Positions 48,762-58,227 of a DNA stretch of 64,000 nt are shown in pieces. The translations under genes were made by a program, and so were the position numbers. This stretch comes from a virus (Duplodnaviria > Caudoviricetes): the IMG/VR virus record IMGVR_UViG_3300028048_001497, positions 96,001 to 160,000 of that record; one strand, written 5' to 3'. Each line of letters begins with the position of its first letter. Within the stretch, counting starts at the first letter, position 1. The notes beneath the pieces were generated by a model, which was not told the origin of the DNA, made no database searches, and saw only the letters and a program-made list of their open reading frames with translations.

Positions 48762-50651
48762 GTGGTACAACTTGATTTAGATAATGTATATCTAAAAATC
48801 ACAGGATTGACAAAAGAACAAGAAATTAAATTATGGAATGAATTGTCGTTCGGTATTCAAATTTATGGTGTACCTGAAATCAGGTATCGTCATTTGTTCA
48901 ATCGTAAGACAAAAAAGACATACGCAGGATTATTTGATTATGTCAAAGACTTCTTTGATACGAACGAGATAGATTATAAATTAAATGATAATCGTGTAAA
49001 GCCTGAACAAAATGCTAATTTTCAATTGGTAGATTATATTGATAGTGATAAAAAAGTTCCTTTAAAATTAAGACCTTATCAACAGGATATTGTTGATAAG
49101 TGCAGAGAACGTGAGGTAATACAAGCCTGTACTGGAGCGGGAAAAACCTTAATGATGGCTGCTTGTATTGCTAAATTCAATGTAAAACCTGTATGTATTT
49201 TTGCAGATAAAATTGGATTATGTATGCAATTAAAACAAGAAATGGAAAAGTTTCTTGGAGTAGAAGTTGGTTTGGTTGGTGATGGGGTAGAAGATTATAA
49301 AGACATTACTGTAATTTCTACACAATCAGCAGATGATAACTATATCAAAGACGCAAAAATGTGTTTGTGGGATGAATGTTTGCCATATGATACAGAAATT
49401 TTGTTAGAAAATAGAACCTGTATGAAAATTGGTGACATTGTAAAACAAAAACAAATGGTAAATGTATGGACATATAATGTTTATACACATCAATTTGAAG
49501 TCAAACCAATTATTGACTTTGGCGTTACAGATATTGGAACAAAGAAAATATTAAAGTTAAATATTAAACGTAATGATGGAAAAAATATTGTTTTACATTG
49601 TACAGATAATCATAAAGTTTTTATTAAAAACAAAAATGATTATGTTCGAGCAGATTGTTTAAATATTGGCGATAAAGTTGTTGTTGGAACAGTTGAAGCA
49701 TTAATATTGAAACAATATGAAGGTACGATTGACAATATTGAAGTAGATAATTCTAATGCAGAGAATTATGTATATGATTTAACTGTTGCAGACAATCATA
49801 ATTTTATTGCTAACGGTGTATTGGTATCAAATTGTCACCATATACCTGCCCAGACAATTACTACAATTGCAAATAAATGTAAAAATGCTTATTATAGAAT
49901 TGGTGTATCGGCAACACCTTGGCGTGATGCAGGTGATGATTTGCTTATCGAAGCAGTTCTTAATAAGAAAAAAGACGCAGTTATTACCGCTTCTATGTTA
50001 ATTGAAAAGGGATATTTGGTAAAACCAGAAATTTATTTTGTTCCAATAAAGCAGGTTTTTAAAGGGAAAAATTATCAAGATATATACAATAAAGCTATCG
50101 TGGAAAATACAGATAGAAATAAAATTGTAGCTAAAATTGCTTACAATATGTATATACGTGATAAACACATCTTAGTTTTATATAAAAATATTAAGCACGG
50201 AGAAATTTTACGTGATAGAATTACTAAGAAGATTGGTGAAAAAGCTAAATCATTTACTGTTACAAATCCTAAAAATAATCAAGATGTAACCATTCGTGTA
50301 CATAATGTTGAAATGTTGTCTGGTAACGATGATACATTAAAACGTCTTGCGGTATTTAAAGCAGTTAAAGAAGGATTTTGCCGTTGTTTAATTGCATCAA
50401 CGATTGCAGATGAAGGATTAGATTTGCCAATTCTTGATACATTGATTTTGGCAGGTGGAGGAAAATCTTCTACTAGGGCTTTTCAACGTATCGGTCGTGT
50501 GATAAGATTATATAAAGGAAAAACAAAAGGAATAGTATTTGATTTTACGGATTATACGCCTATGTTGCGTAGACATTCTCGTAATCGTCAGAAATATTAT
50601 TCACAAGAACCGTTATGGGACATCCATAAATTCAATGTAAATCCTGATTAA
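48762..50651 (+). CDS. SF2 DExH helicase (UvsW/XPB-like) with intein
   Basis: LRPYQ, TGAGKT, DE[intein]CHH, SATP, EGLDLP, QRIGRVIR. GTG start after GAGGTGA. Confidence 0.9.
   Translation: MVQLDLDNVYLKITGLTKEQEIKLWNELSFGIQIYGVPEIRYRHLFNRKTKKTYAGLFDYVKDFFDTNEIDYKLNDNRVKPEQNANFQLVDYIDSDKKVPLKLRPYQQDIVDKCREREVIQACTGAGKTLMMAACIAKFNVKPVCIFADKIGLCMQLKQEMEKFLGVEVGLVGDGVEDYKDITVISTQSADDNYIKDAKMCLWDECLPYDTEILLENRTCMKIGDIVKQKQMVNVWTYNVYTHQFEVKPIIDFGVTDIGTKKILKLNIKRNDGKNIVLHCTDNHKVFIKNKNDYVRADCLNIGDKVVVGTVEALILKQYEGTIDNIEVDNSNAENYVYDLTVADNHNFIANGVLVSNCHHIPAQTITTIANKCKNAYYRIGVSATPWRDAGDDLLIEAVLNKKKDAVITASMLIEKGYLVKPEIYFVPIKQVFKGKNYQDIYNKAIVENTDRNKIVAKIAYNMYIRDKHILVLYKNIKHGEILRDRITKKIGEKAKSFTVTNPKNNQDVTIRVHNVEMLSGNDDTLKRLAVFKAVKEGFCRCLIASTIADEGLDLPILDTLILAGGGKSSTRAFQRIGRVIRLYKGKTKGIVFDFTDYTPMLRRHSRNRQKYYSQEPLWDIHKFNVNPD
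49377..49832 (+). mobile_element. Mini-intein (152 aa, no endonuclease)
   Basis: CLPYDTEI..., block B CTDNHKV, ends VYDLTVADNHNFIANGVLVSN followed by Cys. Confidence 0.93.
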
Positions 50652-50670
50652 GATTTGGAGTGAGAACGAT

Positions 50671-51921
50671 ATGACTCAGAATGATTCTGTTTGCTTGTTC
50701 TGTGGCAAACAATTCAAATCGGCAATAGCTATGAAGAATCATATTCAAAAGACAGAAGAACCTAAGCATCAACTTTTGTCTTTTGTGTACAACGAGTTAA
50801 AAATCAAATGTAAAGAATTAAATTTATATGTTGATAAATATCGTGATTTTTTTGATAAGGTGACAGAAGAAACTCTTTCGGTGAGTAAAGAGAAATTATT
50901 GAATAAAATCAAAGCAGATATTCAATTAGAAAAAGATAAAAAACTTGCAGAGAAGCAAAAAGAAAAAGAACAGAGAGTTTTGCAAAGACATTTAAATGAT
51001 ATGAAACGTCTTGCAGAATTAGAAGAAGAACGAAACATAAAAAAACGTTTGGAAAAAGACATGTTTAGTTCTATGCCAATAGAAGATAGACCAAAGTCTA
51101 TTGTAGAAGAATTTTATACCATGATACACAGTCGTTGTTATAATTATGCAATTGAGGTGCAATTAGTTAAATCTTTATATACAAAGCAAAAATTTGATGC
51201 TAAAATGGTTCATTTTATTATTGAATATTTGGCTAAAATTGGTTGTCAAAATTTGCGTGGTTTAAATTACAAACTTAATGAAGCAGTTGAATTTAAGCAC
51301 AATATGGATTTAATTAAAGTAGAGAATACAGTTCCACATTTGATTAAATATTTTTATAAACAATCTCATATGAGAATGAATGTAAAAACATTTATGAAAG
51401 AAGTAAATTGTATTCAATCTTCTATGATGGCAAATCAACTTTCTATTCAACAAGTAAAAAATGTTTTGGATGGAATGATTAAAAAAAAGGTTAAAGTTTT
51501 GATTTGGTTCGATAGTTATGTATCAGAGTTTTCTAATATTGAACAATCTATAGACCCGATTCATACTTGTACAAATGAACGCGAAATCAAAATGAACGTA
51601 AAAGAAGTCCTAAAAGGTAATTTGACAGTAGATAAAATTAGCAAACGCATTAAATCCGATTGTATCAAAAAAATTAATCAAATCTTTATGTCAGGGAAAT
51701 TTGATGATAAATATAACTATTTGGAATGGGCATATAAAATTCATCTTCCCTTAACAAAAGAAATGGTTGATTTTGCCAATGAACATAATAAAGAACGTTG
51801 CAGTCGTTTTGACATTTGGGGGCAAAAAATGCTTAGTTCCAATAGTGACGTAATGAAACGCAAATATGATAATGTGATTAACTCGTACAAAGAGTGGTTG
51901 TCAAAACTCCCGAATCTGTAA
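50671..51921 (+). CDS. Hypothetical replication-module protein with N-terminal C2H2-like zinc finger
   Basis: CLFCGKQFKS...NH...H; upstream of the helicase loader. Confidence 0.6.
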   Translation: MTQNDSVCLFCGKQFKSAIAMKNHIQKTEEPKHQLLSFVYNELKIKCKELNLYVDKYRDFFDKVTEETLSVSKEKLLNKIKADIQLEKDKKLAEKQKEKEQRVLQRHLNDMKRLAELEEERNIKKRLEKDMFSSMPIEDRPKSIVEEFYTMIHSRCYNYAIEVQLVKSLYTKQKFDAKMVHFIIEYLAKIGCQNLRGLNYKLNEAVEFKHNMDLIKVENTVPHLIKYFYKQSHMRMNVKTFMKEVNCIQSSMMANQLSIQQVKNVLDGMIKKKVKVLIWFDSYVSEFSNIEQSIDPIHTCTNEREIKMNVKEVLKGNLTVDKISKRIKSDCIKKINQIFMSGKFDDKYNYLEWAYKIHLPLTKEMVDFANEHNKERCSRFDIWGQKMLSSNSDVMKRKYDNVINSYKEWLSKLPNL

Positions 51922-51967
51922 TATAATAGATTCAAAACAATGTTAGATGTAAGGGAGATAAACAACC

Positions 51968-52741
51968 ATGTTACTTACAAAAGAAGAAAAAGACTTAGAA
52001 GAACAGAAAAACCGTAGACGCATTGTGGATAAATGTGAATTGTGTCATGGTACAGGGTTCATTTCTAAGGTAGATGAACATGGGTATGAACAATCATATC
52101 CATGTTCTTGTATTAAGAAAGTAAAACGTAATGTAAAATTACTAGATTGGGGTATTCCTAGAAAGTTCTTGTCTGATAAATGGGATTTGGAGTTTATCAA
52201 AGAAAAAAACTTTTATGAACCTGTGAAAAATTATATTGATAATTTTCAAGATAATTATGATGAAGGTCGGGGATTGTTTTTATATGGCCCACAAGGTAGA
52301 GGAAAAACAACGATTGAAAGTATTATTGCAAAACACGTTGTAGAAAAAATAAACCCTGATTCATTTAAAAAAAGAAGCACATTTAATGTGGCTTTCGCTA
52401 TGTATGATGATTTGGTAAAATGCCAGTTCGATAAAGCAAATCAAGACAAAATGAAAATTTTCATTTATAAGTCTGATTTACTTATTATTGACAATGTTGG
52501 TAACGAGGTTGGTAAGAATGATAATCAATTCTCTCAAAGATTCTTGGAAATGATTTTGAGAAAACGTGATAATGATTGCTTGCCAACGATTATTTCATCA
52601 AATTATACCATAGATGAAATGGGAAAAGAGTATAATAATGATATAAGAGATTTTCTCATTCAAAACAATGAAATTATTAGTGTTTTAGGAGATAACCATC
52701 GAACAGAAAATTATACTCAAAATGACGATTTCGACTTTTGA
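51968..52741 (+). CDS. DnaC/IstB-like AAA+ helicase loader
   Basis: CxxC...CxC, Walker A GPQGRGKT, Walker B LLIIDNVG, PTIISSN. Confidence 0.85.
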   Translation: MLLTKEEKDLEEQKNRRRIVDKCELCHGTGFISKVDEHGYEQSYPCSCIKKVKRNVKLLDWGIPRKFLSDKWDLEFIKEKNFYEPVKNYIDNFQDNYDEGRGLFLYGPQGRGKTTIESIIAKHVVEKINPDSFKKRSTFNVAFAMYDDLVKCQFDKANQDKMKIFIYKSDLLIIDNVGNEVGKNDNQFSQRFLEMILRKRDNDCLPTIISSNYTIDEMGKEYNNDIRDFLIQNNEIISVLGDNHRTENYTQNDDFDF

Positions 52742-52759
52742 TAAGAAGGAGCTTTTATA

Positions 52760-54121
52760 GTGGAAGATAATAAAACACTTGAATTGGAGAAAAAGTTCCT
52801 AGCATATGTTTTATCCGATAATGAATATATTGGAGAATCTATTGCTAGAATGGATAAAACATATTTTAAATATATTAATAATATTTATCGTATGATAATT
52901 GGTTATTATGATACGTATAAAAAACCAATAACAGAAGATGCAATTAATACAAAACTAAGTAGTATGAAAAAACTTAGTGAAGATGAACGCATTAAAATCA
53001 AAACTTTGATTGCGGAAAGTAAAGATTATCAGATTTCTGATATTGGCGAATTTAAATTTCTTGAAGATGAAATTATCGGTCAATATAAACGTAGGAAGTT
53101 TATTAAGATTGCAGATAAGGTTATTGGTAATAATCCAAACGAACTATCAGATGATGAATTAAAAGATTTAAATCATACAGTACAACAACTTTTGGTTGAT
53201 ATTAATAGCACAGACTATGATATAGAAAAAGAAGGTACTGTAGAAGATGATGCAGATGAACGTCTAAAAGACTATCTTCATATCAAAGAACATCCTGAAG
53301 ATATAAAATTAGTTAAAACTGGTTTCAAACATATAGATGAAGCCATTGTTGGTTGGGGATATGGTTCAGAAAACATTGTTTGTGGTCGTAAAGGTGACGG
53401 CAAATCAACAATGTTACTTAATTTAGGATATTATCTTTGGAAACAGAATAAAAATGTTTTATTTTATTCTTTGGAAATTGATAAGAAACAGTATGAGAGA
53501 CGTTGGGATGCTAGAGCTGCGCTTGTTTCTAGTAAAGGATTGAAAAGCGGACAATTAAATGAACAGGAAGAACAAACATATAAAGAATATATCCAAAATT
53601 TGAAAAACCATAAAGACATGTTTAACAATACTGTTGGTAGTGTATATATCGTTGATTGTCCTTCTAATGTAACACCTTCTTTCGTTTCTGCAAAAACAGA
53701 AGAAATTGAAAAGAAAGCAGGTGTTGTATATGATGTAGTCATTGTTGATTACATGGGGATTATGAATCCAAATAATCCAACAGGTGTTATTCGTGATGAT
53801 TTAGGTGCTATTGCACTTGATTTAAAACGCTTTGCACGCGAACAAAATAAAATTTTATTTACGGCGGTTCAAATGAACCGTAGTGGTAAGAAAGATTTAG
53901 AACAAAAGAACGGTCATGCAGATACGGATGCTATTGCTAATAGTGATGCTATAGCAGACCACGCAGACAATGTATTTATTGTTCGTTCGTTAGATTCTGA
54001 TACTGCTTTGGTTGAATCTGCAAAAACTCGTGATGGTAGTTCTTTTAGTTTTCATATTCAAAAGAAATATGATAAAATGCAAATGGTAGAGATTGATGAT
54101 AGTGAATGGGAAAATTTATAA
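52760..54121 (+). CDS. dnaB: Replicative DnaB-like helicase
   Basis: TGFKHID, GRKGDGKS, SLE, VIVDYM, QMNR, KTRDG. Confidence 0.9.
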   Translation: MEDNKTLELEKKFLAYVLSDNEYIGESIARMDKTYFKYINNIYRMIIGYYDTYKKPITEDAINTKLSSMKKLSEDERIKIKTLIAESKDYQISDIGEFKFLEDEIIGQYKRRKFIKIADKVIGNNPNELSDDELKDLNHTVQQLLVDINSTDYDIEKEGTVEDDADERLKDYLHIKEHPEDIKLVKTGFKHIDEAIVGWGYGSENIVCGRKGDGKSTMLLNLGYYLWKQNKNVLFYSLEIDKKQYERRWDARAALVSSKGLKSGQLNEQEEQTYKEYIQNLKNHKDMFNNTVGSVYIVDCPSNVTPSFVSAKTEEIEKKAGVVYDVVIVDYMGIMNPNNPTGVIRDDLGAIALDLKRFAREQNKILFTAVQMNRSGKKDLEQKNGHADTDAIANSDAIADHADNVFIVRSLDSDTALVESAKTRDGSSFSFHIQKKYDKMQMVEIDDSEWENL

Positions 54122-54167
54122 TTATGAGAAAAAATTTAACATTTTCCTTTTTCTATAGGTAAAAAAT

Positions 54168-54722
54168 ATGAGTATTGGAATTTATAAAATAGAAAACTTA
54201 GTAAATCATAAAATGTATATTGGACAAAGTATTAATATTGAACGAAGATTTCGTGAACACAGATATGCTTTAAAACATCACAAACATCATAATCCATTAT
54301 TGCAACAAGACTATAATAATGGACATAAATTTTCATATCAAATTGTAGAAATTTGCCACGTTCATGAATTAAACGAAAAAGAAAAAGTTTGGATAAGTTT
54401 TTATCGTTCTAATATTATTGGCTATAACTATGATAATGGTGGAATAGTAAATAAAAAGTATACAAATAAATTTAATGCTTGGTTTAAAAATCATGATAAT
54501 AATAGTAAAAAAATAGCAAAAACAAAAAGCAAATACAACGAGGAAATTATAAATAAGGCTAAACTAGCTTTGTTTATGGACATGAATAAACACGATATTG
54601 TAACTATGCTAAATGTTGAATATGATTATATTCGTAGACTAATTCATCGTAATATGAAATATGCAGATAGTATTTTGCCACAATTAAATGATTATATTAA
54701 AAATTATCGTAAAAAATTTTAA
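54168..54722 (+). CDS. Free-standing GIY-YIG homing endonuclease
   Basis: GIYKIENLVNHKMYIGQS...RFREH. Confidence 0.88.
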   Translation: MSIGIYKIENLVNHKMYIGQSINIERRFREHRYALKHHKHHNPLLQQDYNNGHKFSYQIVEICHVHELNEKEKVWISFYRSNIIGYNYDNGGIVNKKYTNKFNAWFKNHDNNSKKIAKTKSKYNEEIINKAKLALFMDMNKHDIVTMLNVEYDYIRRLIHRNMKYADSILPQLNDYIKNYRKKF

Positions 54723-54734
54723 CAGGTAAATAAT

Positions 54735-55388
54735 ATGAAAGATTTTACATGGGAAACAGATAAAGAAGATTTACAATTCAAAAGAGATTTCCTAGACAAA
54801 AAGATTGATGGAGTAAAATATATAAAATCACTTATAAAAGTAAAAAAAGTAGGTAATATATACACTGCCTTATGTCCTTTTCATAATGAAAAGACGGAAT
54901 CTTTGAGAATTTATCCTGAAGGATTTAAAAATTCGGATGGAAAAGCACAAGACCATACATCTTGGTTTTGTTTTGGTTGTAAAAAAGGTGGAGACGTTGT
55001 TAAATTTGAAGAATTGTTCTTTGATTTAGATAACGCAGAAGAAGCCTGTAGTTCATTATCTAGGAAATTTCATTTAGAATATTCGGGTGACAATGAGTTA
55101 TCCGAATTACAATCAAAACTAGATTCAATAAAAAGAACAAGTGAAAGTGTTATGTCTTTACAAGAGATAAATTTCATTTGTTCCATTACTTGTAGGAATT
55201 ATTTGCAATTTGTACTTAATAATTATCCTAATTTATTCGATGAAGAATATAATAAGATACAAAGTGTGTATCAAAAATTAGATGAACACCTTTTGAAAGT
55301 AAATGCCCATCAAGCGAAAAATTTTATTAAATTAACACAAAATACAATAAAAAATTACAAAAAACGCTTGACATCATTGAAATCATAG
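54735..55388 (+). CDS. Stand-alone primase CHC2 zinc-binding domain protein
   Basis: CPFHNEKTES...WFCFGCKKGGDV; no TOPRIM domain. Confidence 0.85.
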   Translation: MKDFTWETDKEDLQFKRDFLDKKIDGVKYIKSLIKVKKVGNIYTALCPFHNEKTESLRIYPEGFKNSDGKAQDHTSWFCFGCKKGGDVVKFEELFFDLDNAEEACSSLSRKFHLEYSGDNELSELQSKLDSIKRTSESVMSLQEINFICSITCRNYLQFVLNNYPNLFDEEYNKIQSVYQKLDEHLLKVNAHQAKNFIKLTQNTIKNYKKRLTSLKS

Positions 55389-55396
55389 GGTATAAT
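55368..55396 (+). promoter_or_regulatory. Sigma70/SigA promoter for HU
   Basis: TTGACA-17-TATAAT overlapping the end of the upstream gene. Confidence 0.85.
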
Positions 55397-55454
55397 CATA
55401 CATGTAAAAAAGAGAAATTCAATTCTCGTAAAAAAACAAAAGGAGTTATGTATT

Positions 55455-55730
55455 ATGACTAAGAATGATTTTGTAAACGCCGTTAAGGAAAAAGCTGATA
55501 TTACGAAGCAGTCTGCGGAGGATATTTCAAAGGCAGTATTCGATGTTATTAGCGAATCCGTTGCCAATGGTGAGAAGGTTGCTATCCCTGGTTTTGGTAC
55601 GTTCGAGGTTGTTGAGCGTGCAGCTCGTAAGGGTCGCAATCCAAAGACAGGCGAAGAAATTGATATTCCTGCTTCTAAGGCGGTTAAGTTCAAGGTCGCA
55701 AAGGCATTTAAGGAAACTGTTAATGCCTAA
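55455..55730 (+). CDS. hup: HU family DNA-binding protein 1
   Basis: GFGTFEVVERAARKGRNPKTGEEI. Confidence 0.95.
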   Translation: MTKNDFVNAVKEKADITKQSAEDISKAVFDVISESVANGEKVAIPGFGTFEVVERAARKGRNPKTGEEIDIPASKAVKFKVAKAFKETVNA

Positions 55731-55755
55731 AATTTAAAAGAACCTCTATTTAATT

Positions 55756-55793
55756 AAAGAGCCTCTACTTAATTTAAGTAGAGGCTCTTTTTT
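55756..55793 (+). terminator. Intrinsic terminator
   Basis: AAAGAGCCTCTACTTA / TAAGTAGAGGCTCTTT stem followed by a T-tract. Confidence 0.85.
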
Positions 55794-55824
55794 ATTGAAA
55801 ATTTCAAAATTTTATTTAAAACTG

Positions 55825-55853
55825 TTGACAAATAAGAATATATCTGCTATAAT
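55825..55853 (+). promoter_or_regulatory. Sigma70/SigA promoter
   Basis: TTGACA-17-TATAAT with extended TG. Confidence 0.85.
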
Positions 55854-55906
55854 GTAATTAAAGATAAAGAGATAAACGAAATAATTATAGAAGGGAATGT
55901 TTAAAA

Positions 55907-56686
55907 ATGGCAAGTTTGATTTTAATGGCTATTGGTGCAGTACTTGTTTTTATTGCACTTTTTGGTTTTTTCTCTTATGCTATTGGTATTATTGGTATGT
56001 TTCTTCTCGCAATTCTGCGTGTAGTGTGTGGCTCTTTGTATCATACGTTTAATAAGTCTCGTATTAGTTCTAACGTATTGGAATTGGATAGGGATAAACG
56101 TATTGCAAAAGAAAATGCAGAAAAAGCAAAGAAAGAAGCTAAAAAAGCTAAAAGTTTAAAAGAAGCTAATGACCGTTTGGTTTATTCTACGACAAAACAG
56201 GTAAACGACCTTAAAATTCGTTATCCGCTTGCTGATGCTTATCTGTTTGACGAGTTTGTTACTGCTTTTACTAGCAGAACGGTGAAAGAAGCAAATCAGA
56301 TTAAAGAACTTATCAAAGAACAACATAATGCACGTTTACAGGAAAATGTGTCGTACAACAAAGATAGCAAATATACTTTGGATGAAGTTGTATTTTTTGA
56401 TAAGATGGATGAAGATAGTGCTTATGATATTGTTTGCACCATTTATAAACATCAGTTGGATTATATTTTTCTTGCGAATAACAAACTTACAGACGTGAAA
56501 GTTATGTATACATCGAAGAATCCAGTCGTTGTAAAACAGATGATGCAAAATATGATTAGTAAAGCGAATGAAAACGCGAATAATAATCGTATTCAGAAAG
56601 AGCGTAAGAATAAGACTTTGAGTACGGTAGATATTAATGATATTATTGCTTATACGTTGAATGAAATGAATGGTAAAAAGGATTAA
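55907..56686 (+). CDS. Membrane-anchored hypothetical protein
   Basis: About 40-aa hydrophobic N-terminus followed by a coiled coil. Confidence 0.8.
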   Translation: MASLILMAIGAVLVFIALFGFFSYAIGIIGMFLLAILRVVCGSLYHTFNKSRISSNVLELDRDKRIAKENAEKAKKEAKKAKSLKEANDRLVYSTTKQVNDLKIRYPLADAYLFDEFVTAFTSRTVKEANQIKELIKEQHNARLQENVSYNKDSKYTLDEVVFFDKMDEDSAYDIVCTIYKHQLDYIFLANNKLTDVKVMYTSKNPVVVKQMMQNMISKANENANNNRIQKERKNKTLSTVDINDIIAYTLNEMNGKKD

Positions 56687-56827
56687 GCATACAGGAAAAT
56701 TTAATAAAAAGCTAGTGGTGTAAAGAACGAATAATACAGTAAACAAATATTATATACAGTTTACTGTATTATTTTTTTGATGAACGTTATTGTACTTTTT
56801 TAAAATTAATTATATTAGGTGATTAAT

Positions 56828-57106
56828 GTGAAGAAACATGAAATAGCAAAAAAGATTGCTAACCGTATGGACGGTTTAACATTACAACAGATTGAGGATT
56901 GTGTAGATTGCTTTTTTGAAGTATTAACAGAAGCACTTGCAGAGGGAGATTCCTTTAATCAGAAGAATTTTGGTACATTTAAATGCGTAGACCGCGCTCC
57001 ACGTAAAGGACGTAACCCACAGACACGTGAAGTAGTAGATATTCCTGCAACGAGAGCGTTAAAGGTTGTTGTATCAAAGAGCTTAAAAGATACGCTAAAC
57101 AAGTAA
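56828..57106 (+). CDS. HU/IHF family DNA-binding protein 2
   Basis: NFGTFKCVDRAPRKGRNPQT. GTG start after AGGTGA. Confidence 0.88.
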   Translation: MKKHEIAKKIANRMDGLTLQQIEDCVDCFFEVLTEALAEGDSFNQKNFGTFKCVDRAPRKGRNPQTREVVDIPATRALKVVVSKSLKDTLNK

Positions 57107-57264
57107 AATATTCAAAGACATATCATATAAATGGTATGTCTTTTTAGTTATGCAAATTGCAGATATGACAATAGAATAAATCTATGTTATTATTGAGAAA
57201 TAATAAAAATTACAGAATTGAGGTGAAAAAGGTAGGTGTGAAAACATAATTTTTATTATTTTGT

Positions 57265-57657
57265 ATGAGGAATGTTTTCCCCTACAAATTTAAAATGAAT
57301 AGTTCAAGATTTTTTGATGAAGAAGTGTTAGCTTGCCCGCATTGTGGTTGGCAACCAGATAATGGGATTAGTCGTAAATTATTAAGATTTTTAGATAAAT
57401 TACAAAAGCAAATAGATGAACCACTAAGCATAGCTTGTTGTGCTAGATGTGAAGAATACAATGATTTGGTTCATGGTTATGAAGATAGCTACCATATCAA
57501 GGGAAAAGCAGTTGATATTAATGTTCCTGATGATATGTATATAGATGAATTTGCCGATATTTGCGAAGAATGTGGTGCAGAAGGGATTGTTTTAAAGTAT
57601 GATGAAAATATTGTACACGTGGATATGCGTGGACAAAAGAAACGTTACGAAGAATAA
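57265..57657 (+). CDS. Peptidase M15A-like zinc peptidase
   Basis: ACPHCG, RCEEYN, SYHIKGKAVDI, VHVDMR. Start uncertain (57265 or 57295). Confidence 0.8.
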   Translation: MRNVFPYKFKMNSSRFFDEEVLACPHCGWQPDNGISRKLLRFLDKLQKQIDEPLSIACCARCEEYNDLVHGYEDSYHIKGKAVDINVPDDMYIDEFADICEECGAEGIVLKYDENIVHVDMRGQKKRYEE

Positions 57658-57764
57658 TCAATAGACCGTTATATCAATGCGATATGACGGTTTTTTGTTA
57701 TATTAAAATGATTTTGAAGTATAATATAGTTTAGATTGATAAAATTTGTTGGAGGAATTAAATT

Positions 57765-58100
57765 ATGAGCGTTCAGACATATTCAACAATGATAGTACCC
57801 AATTATAATGCAATTCAGTATTTTGATAATGTACCAAATAGTAAAAAATTCAAAATTTATACAGATAAAGAAAAAGAAGTACAAGGAAAATGTGTAACTT
57901 TTTTTGATGATAACAAAGGCGATGCACAAGAAATTATAAAAAATGCCAGTCAAATTTTAGATGCATTAGATAAAAAAGAAAACATTAATATTTTTAATGA
58001 ACAAGGCGTAGAATATACATTTGAAACAGAAAGAAAATTATATTTCTATGCAAAAAATGTAGAACATCCATTTAAAATTTATGTTGACATTGAAATTTAA
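57765..58100 (+). CDS. Hypothetical protein
   Basis: SD GGAGG, 111 aa. Confidence 0.7.
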   Translation: MSVQTYSTMIVPNYNAIQYFDNVPNSKKFKIYTDKEKEVQGKCVTFFDDNKGDAQEIIKNASQILDALDKKENINIFNEQGVEYTFETERKLYFYAKNVEHPFKIYVDIEI

Positions 58101-58101
58101 T

Positions 58102-58130
58102 TTGACTATTTTTTAAAAATGGGATATGAT
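58102..58130 (+). promoter_or_regulatory. Sigma70/SigA-like promoter of the gyrB locus
   Basis: TTGACT-17-TATGAT. Confidence 0.65.
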
Positions 58131-58161
58131 ATAGATATAAATATTGGAAGGAGAAAACCAT

Positions 58162-58227
58162 ATGAGTGATACCTTAAAAGTAAATAATGATTATGGTGTA
58201 AATAATGATTATGAGGTTGTAATATGA
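58162..58227 (+). pseudogene. Orphaned gyrB 5' end (21-codon mini-ORF)
   Basis: MSDTLKVNNDYGVN aligns with the GyrB start MSNKELQVNNRYGVN. SD GAAGGAG. ATGA overlap with the next gene. Confidence 0.7.
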
